Shown: positions 38,101-46,866 of the stretch, one piece after another
How the letters are laid out: every line of letters starts with the position of its first letter
How positions within the stretch are numbered: position 1 is the first letter of the stretch
Assembly: GCA_050015075.1 (NCBI GenBank)
Contig: JBEKCB010000001.1
Span: 128,001-192,000, forward strand
Direction: 5' to 3'
Length of the DNA: 64,000 nucleotides
Source: Candidatus Brocadiia bacterium
GTDB lineage: Bacteria > Planctomycetota > Brocadiia > CAIUPP01
The notes under the pieces: generated by a model
Told to the model about the DNA's origin: nothing
The model's database searches: none
What the model saw: only the letters and a program-made list of their open reading frames with translations
Made by a program: the position numbers and the translations under genes

Positions 38101-38880
38101 CTATTCCCTCTTGGGCTTTCGCAGGAAGTTCTGGACGCGCGAGAGCAGGCCGCGGTTCTGGAAACGGTTCAGGGCCTCGCGCGCCGGCGGCCAGTTCGGC
38201 CGCAGCGTCAGGCATTGCGAGAGCGTCATCGCCGTCTCGGGGAATCCGAGCGCCGCCTGGCAGCGGCCGAGCTCGAGCCACGCGAGCGCGGACCCGGGCA
38301 GCAAGCCCGCCGCCTTGCGCAGGTATCCGAGCGCCGTCGCGCAGTGGCCCGCGCGCAGCAGCGTGCGGCCGGCTTCCAGCTCCACTCGGGGTGACGCGTT
38401 CCCGGCGGCCACGGCGTTGCTCACGCAGTGCGCCGCCGTCGCGCTCCGGCGTTCGAGCAGCACCTCCGCGCGCGCGAGCCAGACGTACGACGAGCAGCCC
38501 TTCTGCGAGAGCGCGTTGTCCGTGTACGCCATCGCCTTCTCCAGGTGGCCGGTGCGGCTCGAGGCGACCGCCTTCGCGGCCAGCAGGTCCGGGTGCTCCG
38601 GGTAGTACTCGAGCGCCTTGTCTGCCCAGAGGAGCGCCTCCTCGTATTCGGCCAGCTCGATCAGCATCCGCACCTGGCCGAACCAGCCCTCGTACTCGGC
38701 CGGGTTGTGCTCGAGCGCCCGCGAATAGTTCCGCAGCGCCAGCTCGAAATCGCCGGCCAGGTACAGCTTCTCCGCCTGCTCCAGGAAGTATCCCGCGCTG
38801 CGGATCGGCGTGCCGTCCGCGCCGGCCTTGACCGGGCGGGATTTCGCGTCGCCGAACTCCAGGTTCCCGAAACGGCTCAT
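38101..38880 (-). CDS. tetratricopeptide repeat protein
   Basis: MSRFGNLEFG...ALRNYSRALEHNP..YEGWFGQVRMLIEL..YEEA; TPR pattern throughout. Confidence 0.8.
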   Translation of the reverse strand: MSRFGNLEFGDAKSRPVKAGADGTPIRSAGYFLEQAEKLYLAGDFELALRNYSRALEHNPAEYEGWFGQVRMLIELAEYEEALLWADKALEYYPEHPDLLAAKAVASSRTGHLEKAMAYTDNALSQKGCSSYVWLARAEVLLERRSATAAHCVSNAVAAGNASPRVELEAGRTLLRAGHCATALGYLRKAAGLLPGSALAWLELGRCQAALGFPETAMTLSQCLTLRPNWPPAREALNRFQNRGLLSRVQNFLRKPKRE

Positions 38881-40013
38881 TCGAACTCTTTCAAAAAACC
38901 ACGCTTCCAGAACGGGGACCAGCGCATCACGCCGCGCGCCAGCACGTCCTCGCGGCGGTAAACGCAGTTGCCGGCGGCCACTTCGGGGGTAACTTGGACC
39001 CCGTGCACCTGCGCGCGCCACTCCATAGTAACAAAATATTCGTCTTTTCCAAGTCCCAGCGAGGCGGACTGGCCTCGCAACGAGGCCGAGAGCGGGAATT
39101 GCCGGACGTCGAGCGCGCTGCCGTTGACGATGAAACCCGCCTGCGTCACCCCCACGCGATCGCCCGGCAGCGCGATGAGCTGACCGACCATCTCGCCCGC
39201 GTAGCTGCCGGGCATCCCTGTTCCGCCGTCCGCGGCGAGCAATTCGCGGACGTGGACCAGGACCAGGTCGCCTCGCTTGAGCGTCAGCGGCTCCAGGTCC
39301 GCCGGCAGGAAATGACAGAGGATGACATCGCCCCTCGCGACCCGGTCCTCCGGGACCGTGACGCCCGCGACGCCGACGGTGAAGCCGACCACGCGCTGGA
39401 CCTGACCGTATGCCGCGTAAAGCAGGATGACGAGGAAACCGATGCCGCAGAGCCGCCAGCCCACCTTCTCGAGCGCGGTCATCTGATCCTTGAACCGCTT
39501 CGTGGCGACCACGGCGTCCATCGCGATCCACGCATGGAGCACGAAGGCGCAGGCCATCGAGGCCGCGCCGAGGCTCTGCCCGAAGAACAGGATGCCCATC
39601 ACGAGCGAGACGAGCCAGGAGATGACGTAGCTGGAGATCGCGCCGAACTGGTGCCGAAGCGCGTGCGCCAGGCCCGGCACGATCGAGAGCGCCAGCGCGA
39701 CGGCCGCATCATGGAGCGCAAGCCAAAGCTCACGCCAGCGCGGCTCGTTCGCCGCACGCGACGGGCCCGGCAAGCCGAGGCGTCCGAAGGCGGAGGCGGT
39801 GCGATCGCCAGAGCGCCGGGCGAGTCCTTCGGCCGCGCGGAGCGCGCTGTAACGGCGCATCCGGCGCGCGACCTGCCGGAACGGCTTCTTCCAGGCCGGC
39901 GCCCGCGGCGGGTGCACTTCCACCGCGCCGGCCTTCGCTTCCAGCAGCGACCCGCAGCGGAAGCAAGCGGCCTGGCCGGGCATGTTCTCAAATTGGCAGC
40001 GAGGACACTGCAC
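38877..40013 (-). CDS. Zn-ribbon / multi-TM / signal-peptidase-I (S26)-like domain protein, probably catalytically inactive
   Basis: CPRC...CFRCG; TMs; KRGDLV, LIALPGDRV, VNG, EYFV; the catalytic Ser and Lys motifs are not present. Confidence 0.6.
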   Translation of the reverse strand: MQCPRCQFENMPGQAACFRCGSLLEAKAGAVEVHPPRAPAWKKPFRQVARRMRRYSALRAAEGLARRSGDRTASAFGRLGLPGPSRAANEPRWRELWLALHDAAVALALSIVPGLAHALRHQFGAISSYVISWLVSLVMGILFFGQSLGAASMACAFVLHAWIAMDAVVATKRFKDQMTALEKVGWRLCGIGFLVILLYAAYGQVQRVVGFTVGVAGVTVPEDRVARGDVILCHFLPADLEPLTLKRGDLVLVHVRELLAADGGTGMPGSYAGEMVGQLIALPGDRVGVTQAGFIVNGSALDVRQFPLSASLRGQSASLGLGKDEYFVTMEWRAQVHGVQVTPEVAAGNCVYRREDVLARGVMRWSPFWKRGFLKEFE

Positions 40014-40018
40014 CTTTG

Positions 40019-40524
40019 TTTCCGAATGGCGAATGCCGATTGCCGAGTGATGAGGAAGGAAGAATGACGAATGGTCCTATGCCTTGGGGGCTTTCAGCCT
40101 GTTCTCCGCGGTTTTTCGGGATTGCACCATGATCGCGACGATCTCTTCGGCCTCTTGCCACAAGGGAGCGACCCGTTCGCGCCGCAGGAGCCGGCCTTCC
40201 ATGATGAGCTCCAGCCAGAAGGCGGACTCATCGGCCTCTTCGATCACCGTGCCGAGTTTGGCGATGAACTCGCTCTTGGACCGCGCGCGACAGGCCGCGC
40301 GGTAATTCGCGCCGACGGACGTCCCCGCGTCCGCCAACTGCTGGCTGACCACGCGGCCTTTCACCGTAAGCGGAATGGCATCAACGAGATTCAGTATGCG
40401 AAGAGCAAATTGCTTGGTTCGCTCCTTCAAGTCGCGTTTGTCCAAGGAAACCTCCTTCTCCTGCCGACCATTCGTCCTTCAACCATTCCACAGAATTCGG
40501 CATTCGCCATTCGGCAATCGGAAA
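40019..40524. mobile_element. inverted heptamer-repeat element carrying a four-helix-bundle gene
   Basis: CCGAATGGCGAATGCCGA(40022)/TCGGCATTCGCCATTCGG(40497) and GACGAATGGTC(40066)/GACCATTCGTC(40466) are exact inverted pairs. Confidence 0.6.
40077..40445 (-). CDS. four helix bundle protein (23S rRNA IVS-like, Avd-related fold)
   Basis: LKERTKQFALRI...QL..AGTSVGANYRAACRARSKSEFIAKLG.V.EEADES.FWLEL. Confidence 0.92.
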   Translation of the reverse strand: MDKRDLKERTKQFALRILNLVDAIPLTVKGRVVSQQLADAGTSVGANYRAACRARSKSEFIAKLGTVIEEADESAFWLELIMEGRLLRRERVAPLWQEAEEIVAIMVQSRKTAENRLKAPKA

Positions 40525-40731
40525 TTATTTACCCTGCTTCTGCTCCACCCGTATCGCCGCCTTCTCCTCCGGCTCGTAGTATTCGCTCGTGAGCTGCTGC
40601 GACTTGACCTTGCCGACGACTTCGGCCAGGAAGGCGCCGAGCTTCGTGCAGGCCTTGCCTTTGTAGCCCTTGATGTGGACCTTCACTTCGCCGCTCTTGC
40701 TGATGCTGATCTCGACATCGCGTTGCGGCAT
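40525..40731 (-). CDS. DUF2997-like small protein
   Basis: VEISISKSGEVKVHIKGYKGKAC...G.V....LTSEYY. Confidence 0.8.
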   Translation of the reverse strand: MPQRDVEISISKSGEVKVHIKGYKGKACTKLGAFLAEVVGKVKSQQLTSEYYEPEEKAAIRVEQKQGK

Positions 40732-40734
40732 GGC

Positions 40735-41220
40735 TCAGCCCTCCCACTGGCGGACGCGGATGTTCACCGTCTCGTCCTTCGCGCGCTCTTCGCTCATCAC
40801 CTGGAATCCCTTCGCCTTCAACTCGGTCATCACGCGGTTGTACACGAAGCACTGCGTCATGCGCTCGGTGAACCGTTCCGCGAACGCCCGGAGTTCGGCC
40901 TTCGTTTTGCCCATGCCCGAGGCGCAGACCACGCAGCGGCCGCGCGCGTCGCGCTTCACGCGGACCTCGACGCCCTCTTTGCCCTGCAGGACGATCTGCT
41001 GCTCCGTGCGGACGTTCTCGAGGACCTCGCTGTTCTTCACTTCGACCTCGACCGAGTTGCGAGCCGCGACTTTTTCCTCCTGCTCGGCCTCCGCGATCTC
41101 TTCCTTGGCCGCGGACCGGACGGTCAGCCCCAGCGCGACCGCCGCGCCGGCCGCGGCGGCGGAGATCGCCGTCCACCCGCCGCCGACGATCAGCGGCGTC
41201 AGGATCAATACTGCGCTCAT
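40735..41220 (-). CDS. DUF1257/Ycf35-like protein with N-terminal hydrophobic helix
   Basis: C-terminal ...ERMTQCFVYNRVMTELKAKGFQVMSEERAKDETVNIRVRQW; lies between the AAA ATPase and DUF2997. Confidence 0.65.
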   Translation of the reverse strand: MSAVLILTPLIVGGGWTAISAAAAGAAVALGLTVRSAAKEEIAEAEQEEKVAARNSVEVEVKNSEVLENVRTEQQIVLQGKEGVEVRVKRDARGRCVVCASGMGKTKAELRAFAERFTERMTQCFVYNRVMTELKAKGFQVMSEERAKDETVNIRVRQWEG

Positions 41221-41268
41221 GGCTGCGCCTCCTAGTAAGACGAAACACCTGAAAAGGCAGCCCGATAA

Positions 41269-41425
41269 TTCACCACCAAGACACCAAGGCACAAAGAGAC
41301 AACGGCTTCCACCACGGAATACACGGAGCACACCGAATGACTTTCCTAAACAGCTTCAGTGTCTTCCGTGTGTTCCGTGGTTGCAATATCAGTTGGCGTT
41401 TTGGGCGCCTTGGTGCCTTGGTGGT
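41269..41425. mobile_element. composite MITE-like element, inverted copy of 17991-18161
   Basis: Shared arms and shared non-repetitive loop and flank sequence. Confidence 0.65.
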
Positions 41426-41436
41426 CCATGCGGCGT

Positions 41437-43122
41437 TCACATTTCCAGTTTCCGTTTTCCCTGCGCCGTCTCGATCCCGGCGGCGTCGGTCGTGGCGGGG
41501 CGGGCGCGGCCATCGGCCCAGCGGCGCAGCTCGGCGATGTCCTCGCTCATCGTCTTCGAGAGCGGCACGCTGGCGCGCAGGCTCTTCACCAGCGCCTCGG
41601 TCGTCAGGTCCTTCTTCTCGTAATAGACGTCGAAGAGCGCGCTGACGATGCTCTCCTCGATCTCCGCGCCGCTGAACCCGAGCGACGCGTCGGCCAGCTC
41701 GTCGAGGTCGAACTTCGCCGGGTCGCGTTTCCGTTTCAGGAGATGGATCGAGAAAATCTCCCGCCGCTCGGCCGCCGCGGGCAGGTCAATGAAGAAGATC
41801 TCGTCGAACCGGCCCTTGCGCAGCAGCTCCGGCGGCAACTGCGTCACGTCGTTGGCCGTCGCCACCACGAAGACCGGCGCGGTCTTTTCGGAGAGCCAGG
41901 TCAGGAACGTGCCGAACACGCGCGCCGAGGTGCCGCCGTCGGTCGAGCCGCCGCTGCCGCGCGACCCGCGGAAGGCCTTGTCAATCTCGTCCACCCACAG
42001 GATCGCCGGCGCGACCGACTCGGCGACGCGGATGGCGCGCCGCACGTTCTCCTCCGACGAGCCGACCAGGCTGCCGAAGACGCGGCCCACGTCGAACCGC
42101 AGCAGCGGCAGGCGCCAGAACTGGCTGACCGCCTTCGCGAGCAGGCTTTTGCCGCAGCCCTGAACGCCCAGGAGCAGAATGCCCTTCGGCGCGGCCAGCC
42201 CGAACGCCCGCGCCTCGTCGCGGAACGCGATCGAGCGTTTCTTCAGCCACTCCTTCAGCGCGTCCACCCCGCCGACCGTCCGCAGGTCCTCCGCCGAATC
42301 GTAGTACTCCAGCAGCCCGCTCTTGCGGATGACCTGCTTCTTCTCGCCGAAGATCACCTCCACGCACCGCTCGTCGAGCCCGCCGCGCATCACCAGCGTT
42401 TTGGCGAGCACGTTCTCCGCCTCGGCCAGCGTCAGGCCGAGGAGCGAATGGACGACCTTCTCGCGCCCGGCGGGCGTCAGACCCAGCTTGATCTTCGGGT
42501 TCCCCTTGACCTCCACGGCGATGCGGTCGAGCAGCTCGTGGAAATCCGGCGCGCGCGGCAGGTCGAAATCCACCACCGTCACGTCCTTCTCCAGCTCGGG
42601 CGGGATCTCCAGCATCGGCGAGACGAGCAGGATCGTCTTGTAGCTGTTCTTGAGGAACGCGGCGATCTCGCGCAGGCGGCGGATGACCGCCATGTTCGAG
42701 CGCGCCAGGAACGGGTGGAAGTCCTTGAAGATGTAGATCGCCGGGTCAAGCTGCTCGACGACGCGGTCGAGCGCGACGAGCGGGTCCTGCGTCGCGGTGT
42801 CGCGATGCTTCTGCGACTGGATCGAAGTGCCGCCCGGCACCAGCCCGGTGGTGATGGACCACTCGAAGATCTTCTTGTCGCGCTGCGCGGAGAGCGCCGT
42901 CACCTGCGCGAGCACGCGCCCTTCTTCCCAGGTGAGCACGTAGATCAGCGGATAGCGCGCGCGGATGAGCACGTCGAGTTCCGACAGCCGCGCCCGCACG
43001 CCTTCCGGGCGCTTGCCCTGAGCCGCATCGAAGGGCGCGGCCGGTCGGGCCGGCGCGGGCGGCGCGACGGAGGCCGGACGCGCCCTGGGCGCTTCAGCGG
43101 GCCTGGGCGCCTCGGGAGTCAT
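41437..43122 (-). CDS. Ycf46-type AAA+ ATPase (degenerate N-terminal AAA plus active C-terminal AAA)
   Basis: [24 protein letters not shown]; [37 protein letters not shown]; WA..RARPA tail. Confidence 0.88.
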   Translation of the reverse strand: MTPEAPRPAEAPRARPASVAPPAPARPAAPFDAAQGKRPEGVRARLSELDVLIRARYPLIYVLTWEEGRVLAQVTALSAQRDKKIFEWSITTGLVPGGTSIQSQKHRDTATQDPLVALDRVVEQLDPAIYIFKDFHPFLARSNMAVIRRLREIAAFLKNSYKTILLVSPMLEIPPELEKDVTVVDFDLPRAPDFHELLDRIAVEVKGNPKIKLGLTPAGREKVVHSLLGLTLAEAENVLAKTLVMRGGLDERCVEVIFGEKKQVIRKSGLLEYYDSAEDLRTVGGVDALKEWLKKRSIAFRDEARAFGLAAPKGILLLGVQGCGKSLLAKAVSQFWRLPLLRFDVGRVFGSLVGSSEENVRRAIRVAESVAPAILWVDEIDKAFRGSRGSGGSTDGGTSARVFGTFLTWLSEKTAPVFVVATANDVTQLPPELLRKGRFDEIFFIDLPAAAERREIFSIHLLKRKRDPAKFDLDELADASLGFSGAEIEESIVSALFDVYYEKKDLTTEALVKSLRASVPLSKTMSEDIAELRRWADGRARPATTDAAGIETAQGKRKLEM

Positions 43123-43288
43123 TTTTCGATTTCCCCTTTCTTCGCTTGACGAGCACCGGGTTGTTCGGATCGAGCGCCTGGCACACGTCCAGCATCGCCT
43201 CGTCCGCCTCGGCGATATACACCCGGCCGTCCGGGCGGATGCGGATTTCCAGGTCGCCGGGCCTGCGTTTGCCGGGTGCGCGGCTCAT
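43094..43288 (-). CDS. small hypothetical protein
   Basis: ATGA-coupled to the radical SAM gene; LEIRIRPDGRVYI...MLDV..ALDP. Confidence 0.5.
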   Translation of the reverse strand: MSRAPGKRRPGDLEIRIRPDGRVYIAEADEAMLDVCQALDPNNPVLVKRRKGKSKNDSRGAQAR

Positions 43289-44115
43289 TGGATCATCCTC
43301 AGATCGAGCGCCCGGGCGCGGTCGAACGCGGCCTTGAATTCGAGGTCCCGCAGGAACTCCGCCGGCGCGTTGCGCGCCTCCGGCGGCGGCATGTACTCGC
43401 CGCGCAGGCTCAATTTCACCTGCGGGATATTCTCCTTAAGCCACCGCAGCACCGGCTCCCGGCAGCACTCCGCGTGCCCGGGCAGCACCAGGTGCCGCAC
43501 GATCAGGTCGGCGGAGCCCTTCGCGAACAGCAGGTTGCGCCGGACCGTCTCGAGGTAGTCGTCCACCCCGAGCAGCTCTTTCGCGCACTTCGCGCTGCCG
43601 CACTTGAAATCGGCCAGGTAGACGTCCACGACGCCGTCGAGGAGCCGGCCGCATTCTTCGGAGAAATACATGTTCGAGTTCCAGACGACGCGCAGCTTCG
43701 AGCGGATCGGGGCGATCAGCTCGAGCAGAGCGCAGAGGCTGACGCTCGGCTCGCCGCCGAGGAAGTTCAACGTGCGCGCGCCCGCGCGGAGGCGTTCGAG
43801 GATGCGCGCGCGCGTCTTCGGCAAATCCATCTCGGCGACCTCCAGCGGCGCCTCGTTCCACTCGTTCACCAGGCAGAACTCGCAGCGCAGGTTGCAGCCG
43901 GTGAGGAACAGCATGTGCGACGGGATCAGCTCCGACTCCTCGTGGTAGTACAGCGCCTCGCGGAAGCAGTGAGCCGAGTCGCCCAGGCCGCAGAAGCCTT
44001 TCTCCCCGCGCGTCCGGTCCACGCGGCAGTCGCGCGGGCACAGGGTGCAGCGCTCCAGCATGCGCCGCGCCTCCTCCGCGTGCTTTTCGACTTCCGCATC
44101 CGCGATCCGCTTCAC
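43285..44115 (-). CDS. PflX-like radical SAM protein
   Basis: CTLCPRDC, GCNLRCEFC (CxxxCxxC), GGEP, VWNSNMY, DVYLADFK, IVRHLVLPGH. Confidence 0.85.
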   Translation of the reverse strand: MKRIADAEVEKHAEEARRMLERCTLCPRDCRVDRTRGEKGFCGLGDSAHCFREALYYHEESELIPSHMLFLTGCNLRCEFCLVNEWNEAPLEVAEMDLPKTRARILERLRAGARTLNFLGGEPSVSLCALLELIAPIRSKLRVVWNSNMYFSEECGRLLDGVVDVYLADFKCGSAKCAKELLGVDDYLETVRRNLLFAKGSADLIVRHLVLPGHAECCREPVLRWLKENIPQVKLSLRGEYMPPPEARNAPAEFLRDLEFKAAFDRARALDLRMIQ

Positions 44116-44128
44116 GCCGCCTCTCCGA

Positions 44129-44794
44129 TCAGCCCAGGTCCTTGAAGCGCGCCTGCCGGGCGGGTTTGCCGCCGCTGGTGAACCCCTCGCGCAGTTTCCA
44201 GATCACCTTCAAGTAAAGATAGCCCACGCCCGCGCCGGCCACCCAGATCCACGTGATCGGGTGCGCAATCCCCAGGATCAGCCCGATCGCGACCAGAATC
44301 AGGACGACGTACTGCGCTTCCATCCCCCAGAAGAAGAAGAGGAACCGCTTCCGCCGAAACGCCAGCCCGAACGCGCCCAGGAATCCGTAGACGGCGCTGT
44401 CGGCCGAGCAGCCGATAAATTCCCTGCCCGCCACGAGCGAAACCGCCATCCAGATCAGCGCGCACGAGATGCCCGCCAGGAACCAGAGCGCGACGACCGA
44501 GCGCGTCCGCCATTCCCGCTCCAGCGCGCTCCCGATGATCAGCACGCAGGAGCAGTTCCACACCAGCGACCAGCCGCTCGGGTCCACGAACAGATACGTC
44601 ACCAGTTGCCAGATGCGCCCGTGAAGGACGCCGGTCGGATTCAGCGCGAGCTGCCCCAGCGCAAAATCGCTCCAGTGGACGGATACGGCGTAGCCGGCGA
44701 TCATCAGCAGAATGAACGTCACGCCCGCGCGGGTGAAATACATGGCCGGCGACTGGATGGTGATCTCGTAATGCTGTTCCTGGCCGTAAGGCAT
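44129..44794 (-). CDS. rhomboid-like intramembrane protein (probably an inactive pseudoprotease)
   Basis: L.P..V.HG.IWQLVTY.FV, G..LE..W; GASG is altered to GCSADS and the AHLGG His is absent. Confidence 0.65.
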   Translation of the reverse strand: MPYGQEQHYEITIQSPAMYFTRAGVTFILLMIAGYAVSVHWSDFALGQLALNPTGVLHGRIWQLVTYLFVDPSGWSLVWNCSCVLIIGSALEREWRTRSVVALWFLAGISCALIWMAVSLVAGREFIGCSADSAVYGFLGAFGLAFRRKRFLFFFWGMEAQYVVLILVAIGLILGIAHPITWIWVAGAGVGYLYLKVIWKLREGFTSGGKPARQARFKDLG

Positions 44795-44907
44795 TTCAAG
44801 CCCTCCCGCAGAAAGCCTTGGACCACGGCGCCGGCTAATTCTAGGCCCGCTCGCGAGGAGTGTCAAGCCGCCGCATGGAGAGAAGGCGTCCGCGCAGCGA
44901 CTCCCTG

Positions 44908-44993
44908 AATCGTCCTCGTCCTCGCTCTCGTCCTCGTCCTCGATTGGCATCTCCGAACGGACGGCCGAGGACGAGGACGAGGACGAGTACGAT
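44908..44993. repeat. CTCGTC/GACGAG hexamer hairpin element
   Basis: ATCGTCCTCGTCCTCGCTCTCGTCCTCGTCCTCGA ... CGAGGACGAGGACGAGGACGAGTACGAT. Confidence 0.75.
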
Positions 44994-45035
44994 ACTGATC
45001 TCGGCGCATGCGACCCGGGACACCCGACGCGCTTT

Positions 45036-46805
45036 TCAGACGCGAGTGTCCAGCCGTTGCACCGGCGCCGGTTGGGCCGCCTCGCGGATGACGATCGTCC
45101 GCGCCGCCATGTCGCCCACGCGCTGCCGGTTCGCCGTGCACGCGATCACCAGCGCACCGAAGCTGAAATTCAGGAAGCCGTCCGCGAACAGGAAACCGTC
45201 CACGATCAGCAGCAGGGTCCTGAGCAGCGCCCGCCCGAAGCCGCAGGGCGCCAGTTCCATGCCGATCACGCGGATGCCCATCGCCCACTTGCCCGGCGTC
45301 CGGCCCCATCGCCCAAGGGTGTAGCAGAAAATGAGAAACCCCGCGACCGCCCACAGCGCCCCGCCGAAAAGCAGCGGCGTCAGGTAAGTCACCCCGCGCG
45401 GGTCCGGCTGGTCCTCGATCCCCGGCAGAATCCAGAACAGGCCGAACATGCCCGCGACCAGCGGGCCGAGGACCAGCGTCGCATCCAGGAACAGCGCCAG
45501 TGCCCGGCGCGTGAGCGACGCGCACGGCGCCGACCAGCCCTGCCCTGAGCTTCCGGCCGAAGGGACCTGCCCTGGGTTCCCGGCCGAAGGGGCCGGCCCG
45601 GAAAAACTGTCCGTCCGGTAAATCTTCATGAGGCCGGAAAGGACGAACGCCAGCGCCAGCGAGAGCACGCCGGATGCCACCGTCGGAAGTATCCCCAGCA
45701 ACGCCCGAACGCGGTCGGCCGGATTCATGTCGCCGTACCGCCGCGCCGAAACCACCTTCTCGTCCTCGAGGTGGACGACGTTCACCGTCCATTGAAGCGC
45801 CTGGTACACCACGCGGCAGCCGCGGGCGGCGTCCGACGCCGCGCCCAGCGTGCGCAGCGGGAACGGCGAGATGCGCGAAAAGCTCGGCTTCCACGATGCC
45901 GCGGGTTTCCCGGCTGAACCGGCCGCCGCGCTCCCGGCCGCCGGTCCTTCAGCCTCGTAGCGCGCCAAGCCGACGATCTCCACGGAAATGCGGTCCTTCT
46001 CCGCCTTGAAGGTGAACGCCTCGGGCCGGCCTTCGTTCTCCGCCACCGCCCACAAGTCGCCGACTGGACCGACCGTCTCCCAATCGGCCGGGAAGCGCGC
46101 GTCTTTCCCGGGGAATCCCGCATGGCAATACAGCGTGTCGCCCTTCGGGCAGAAGACGTAGGGCTGCGCGCCGATCTCCAGCACCTTCAACCCTCTCGCC
46201 GCGGGCGCGTCCTTCGGGTCGCCGAAGAACAACTGCGCCTTCTCGACCCACTGCCCGTTCTCCAGCGCCATCGCGCGGCGCTCGCCGGGCGCCTCCTGCA
46301 CGGCCGCCGGCAACCCGTCGAGCAGGAACGGCTGCGATGCGGATTCGGTGAGCTGCTTCGCCGGGACCTGCTCAGCCGTTTTTCCGTCGTAGTGCGACAC
46401 GCCGTCGCTGGCGAAGATCCACAGCGTGTCGCCCTGCGCCAGGAGCCAGGCCGCGCCCGGCGCGAGCATGAGCACCGTCTTCGGCCCTTGCTCGGTCAAC
46501 TGGACCAGTTGGTTATTCCCGCGGTTCTCGGGACTTTCGAACCCGCTCGTGATTTCGCTGGTCACGTACCAGAGGTCGCCGCGCCAGACGGCTGCGCTCT
46601 CGGCGTGGACGTTCTCCAGCCGCACGCCCCATCGCGGTTCGCCGGCGGAGGGAAACTGGCTGGTCAGCCAGAGCCACAGCAGCGCCTGCAGCGCTACGAC
46701 CGCCGTCGCGGCCAGGGCGGCCAGGAGGAAGAAATTCCTGCGCGCCTTCGGCGATTTGAATCCCGGCGGCGGCGCGACGCCCGGCGGTGGAACCGATCCT
46801 TCCAA
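45036..46805 (-). CDS. RDD family membrane protein with large extracytoplasmic domain
   Basis: C-terminal ASLTRRALALFLD, GRTPGKWAMGIRV, RALLR, QRVGDMAARTIVI. Confidence 0.75.
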   Translation of the reverse strand: MEGSVPPPGVAPPPGFKSPKARRNFFLLAALAATAVVALQALLWLWLTSQFPSAGEPRWGVRLENVHAESAAVWRGDLWYVTSEITSGFESPENRGNNQLVQLTEQGPKTVLMLAPGAAWLLAQGDTLWIFASDGVSHYDGKTAEQVPAKQLTESASQPFLLDGLPAAVQEAPGERRAMALENGQWVEKAQLFFGDPKDAPAARGLKVLEIGAQPYVFCPKGDTLYCHAGFPGKDARFPADWETVGPVGDLWAVAENEGRPEAFTFKAEKDRISVEIVGLARYEAEGPAAGSAAAGSAGKPAASWKPSFSRISPFPLRTLGAASDAARGCRVVYQALQWTVNVVHLEDEKVVSARRYGDMNPADRVRALLGILPTVASGVLSLALAFVLSGLMKIYRTDSFSGPAPSAGNPGQVPSAGSSGQGWSAPCASLTRRALALFLDATLVLGPLVAGMFGLFWILPGIEDQPDPRGVTYLTPLLFGGALWAVAGFLIFCYTLGRWGRTPGKWAMGIRVIGMELAPCGFGRALLRTLLLIVDGFLFADGFLNFSFGALVIACTANRQRVGDMAARTIVIREAAQPAPVQRLDTRV

Positions 46806-46866
46806 CTTTTTGACCCTTAGACTCTTAGACTTTCGGACTCTTGGAACTTGCAGACCGGCTCAGCGC

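Noticed and set aside
38880-39531. 476-aa extension of the TPR ORF in the ORF track
   Set aside because: It overlaps the upstream S26-like gene in another frame; the coupled ATG at 38880 is the more plausible start.
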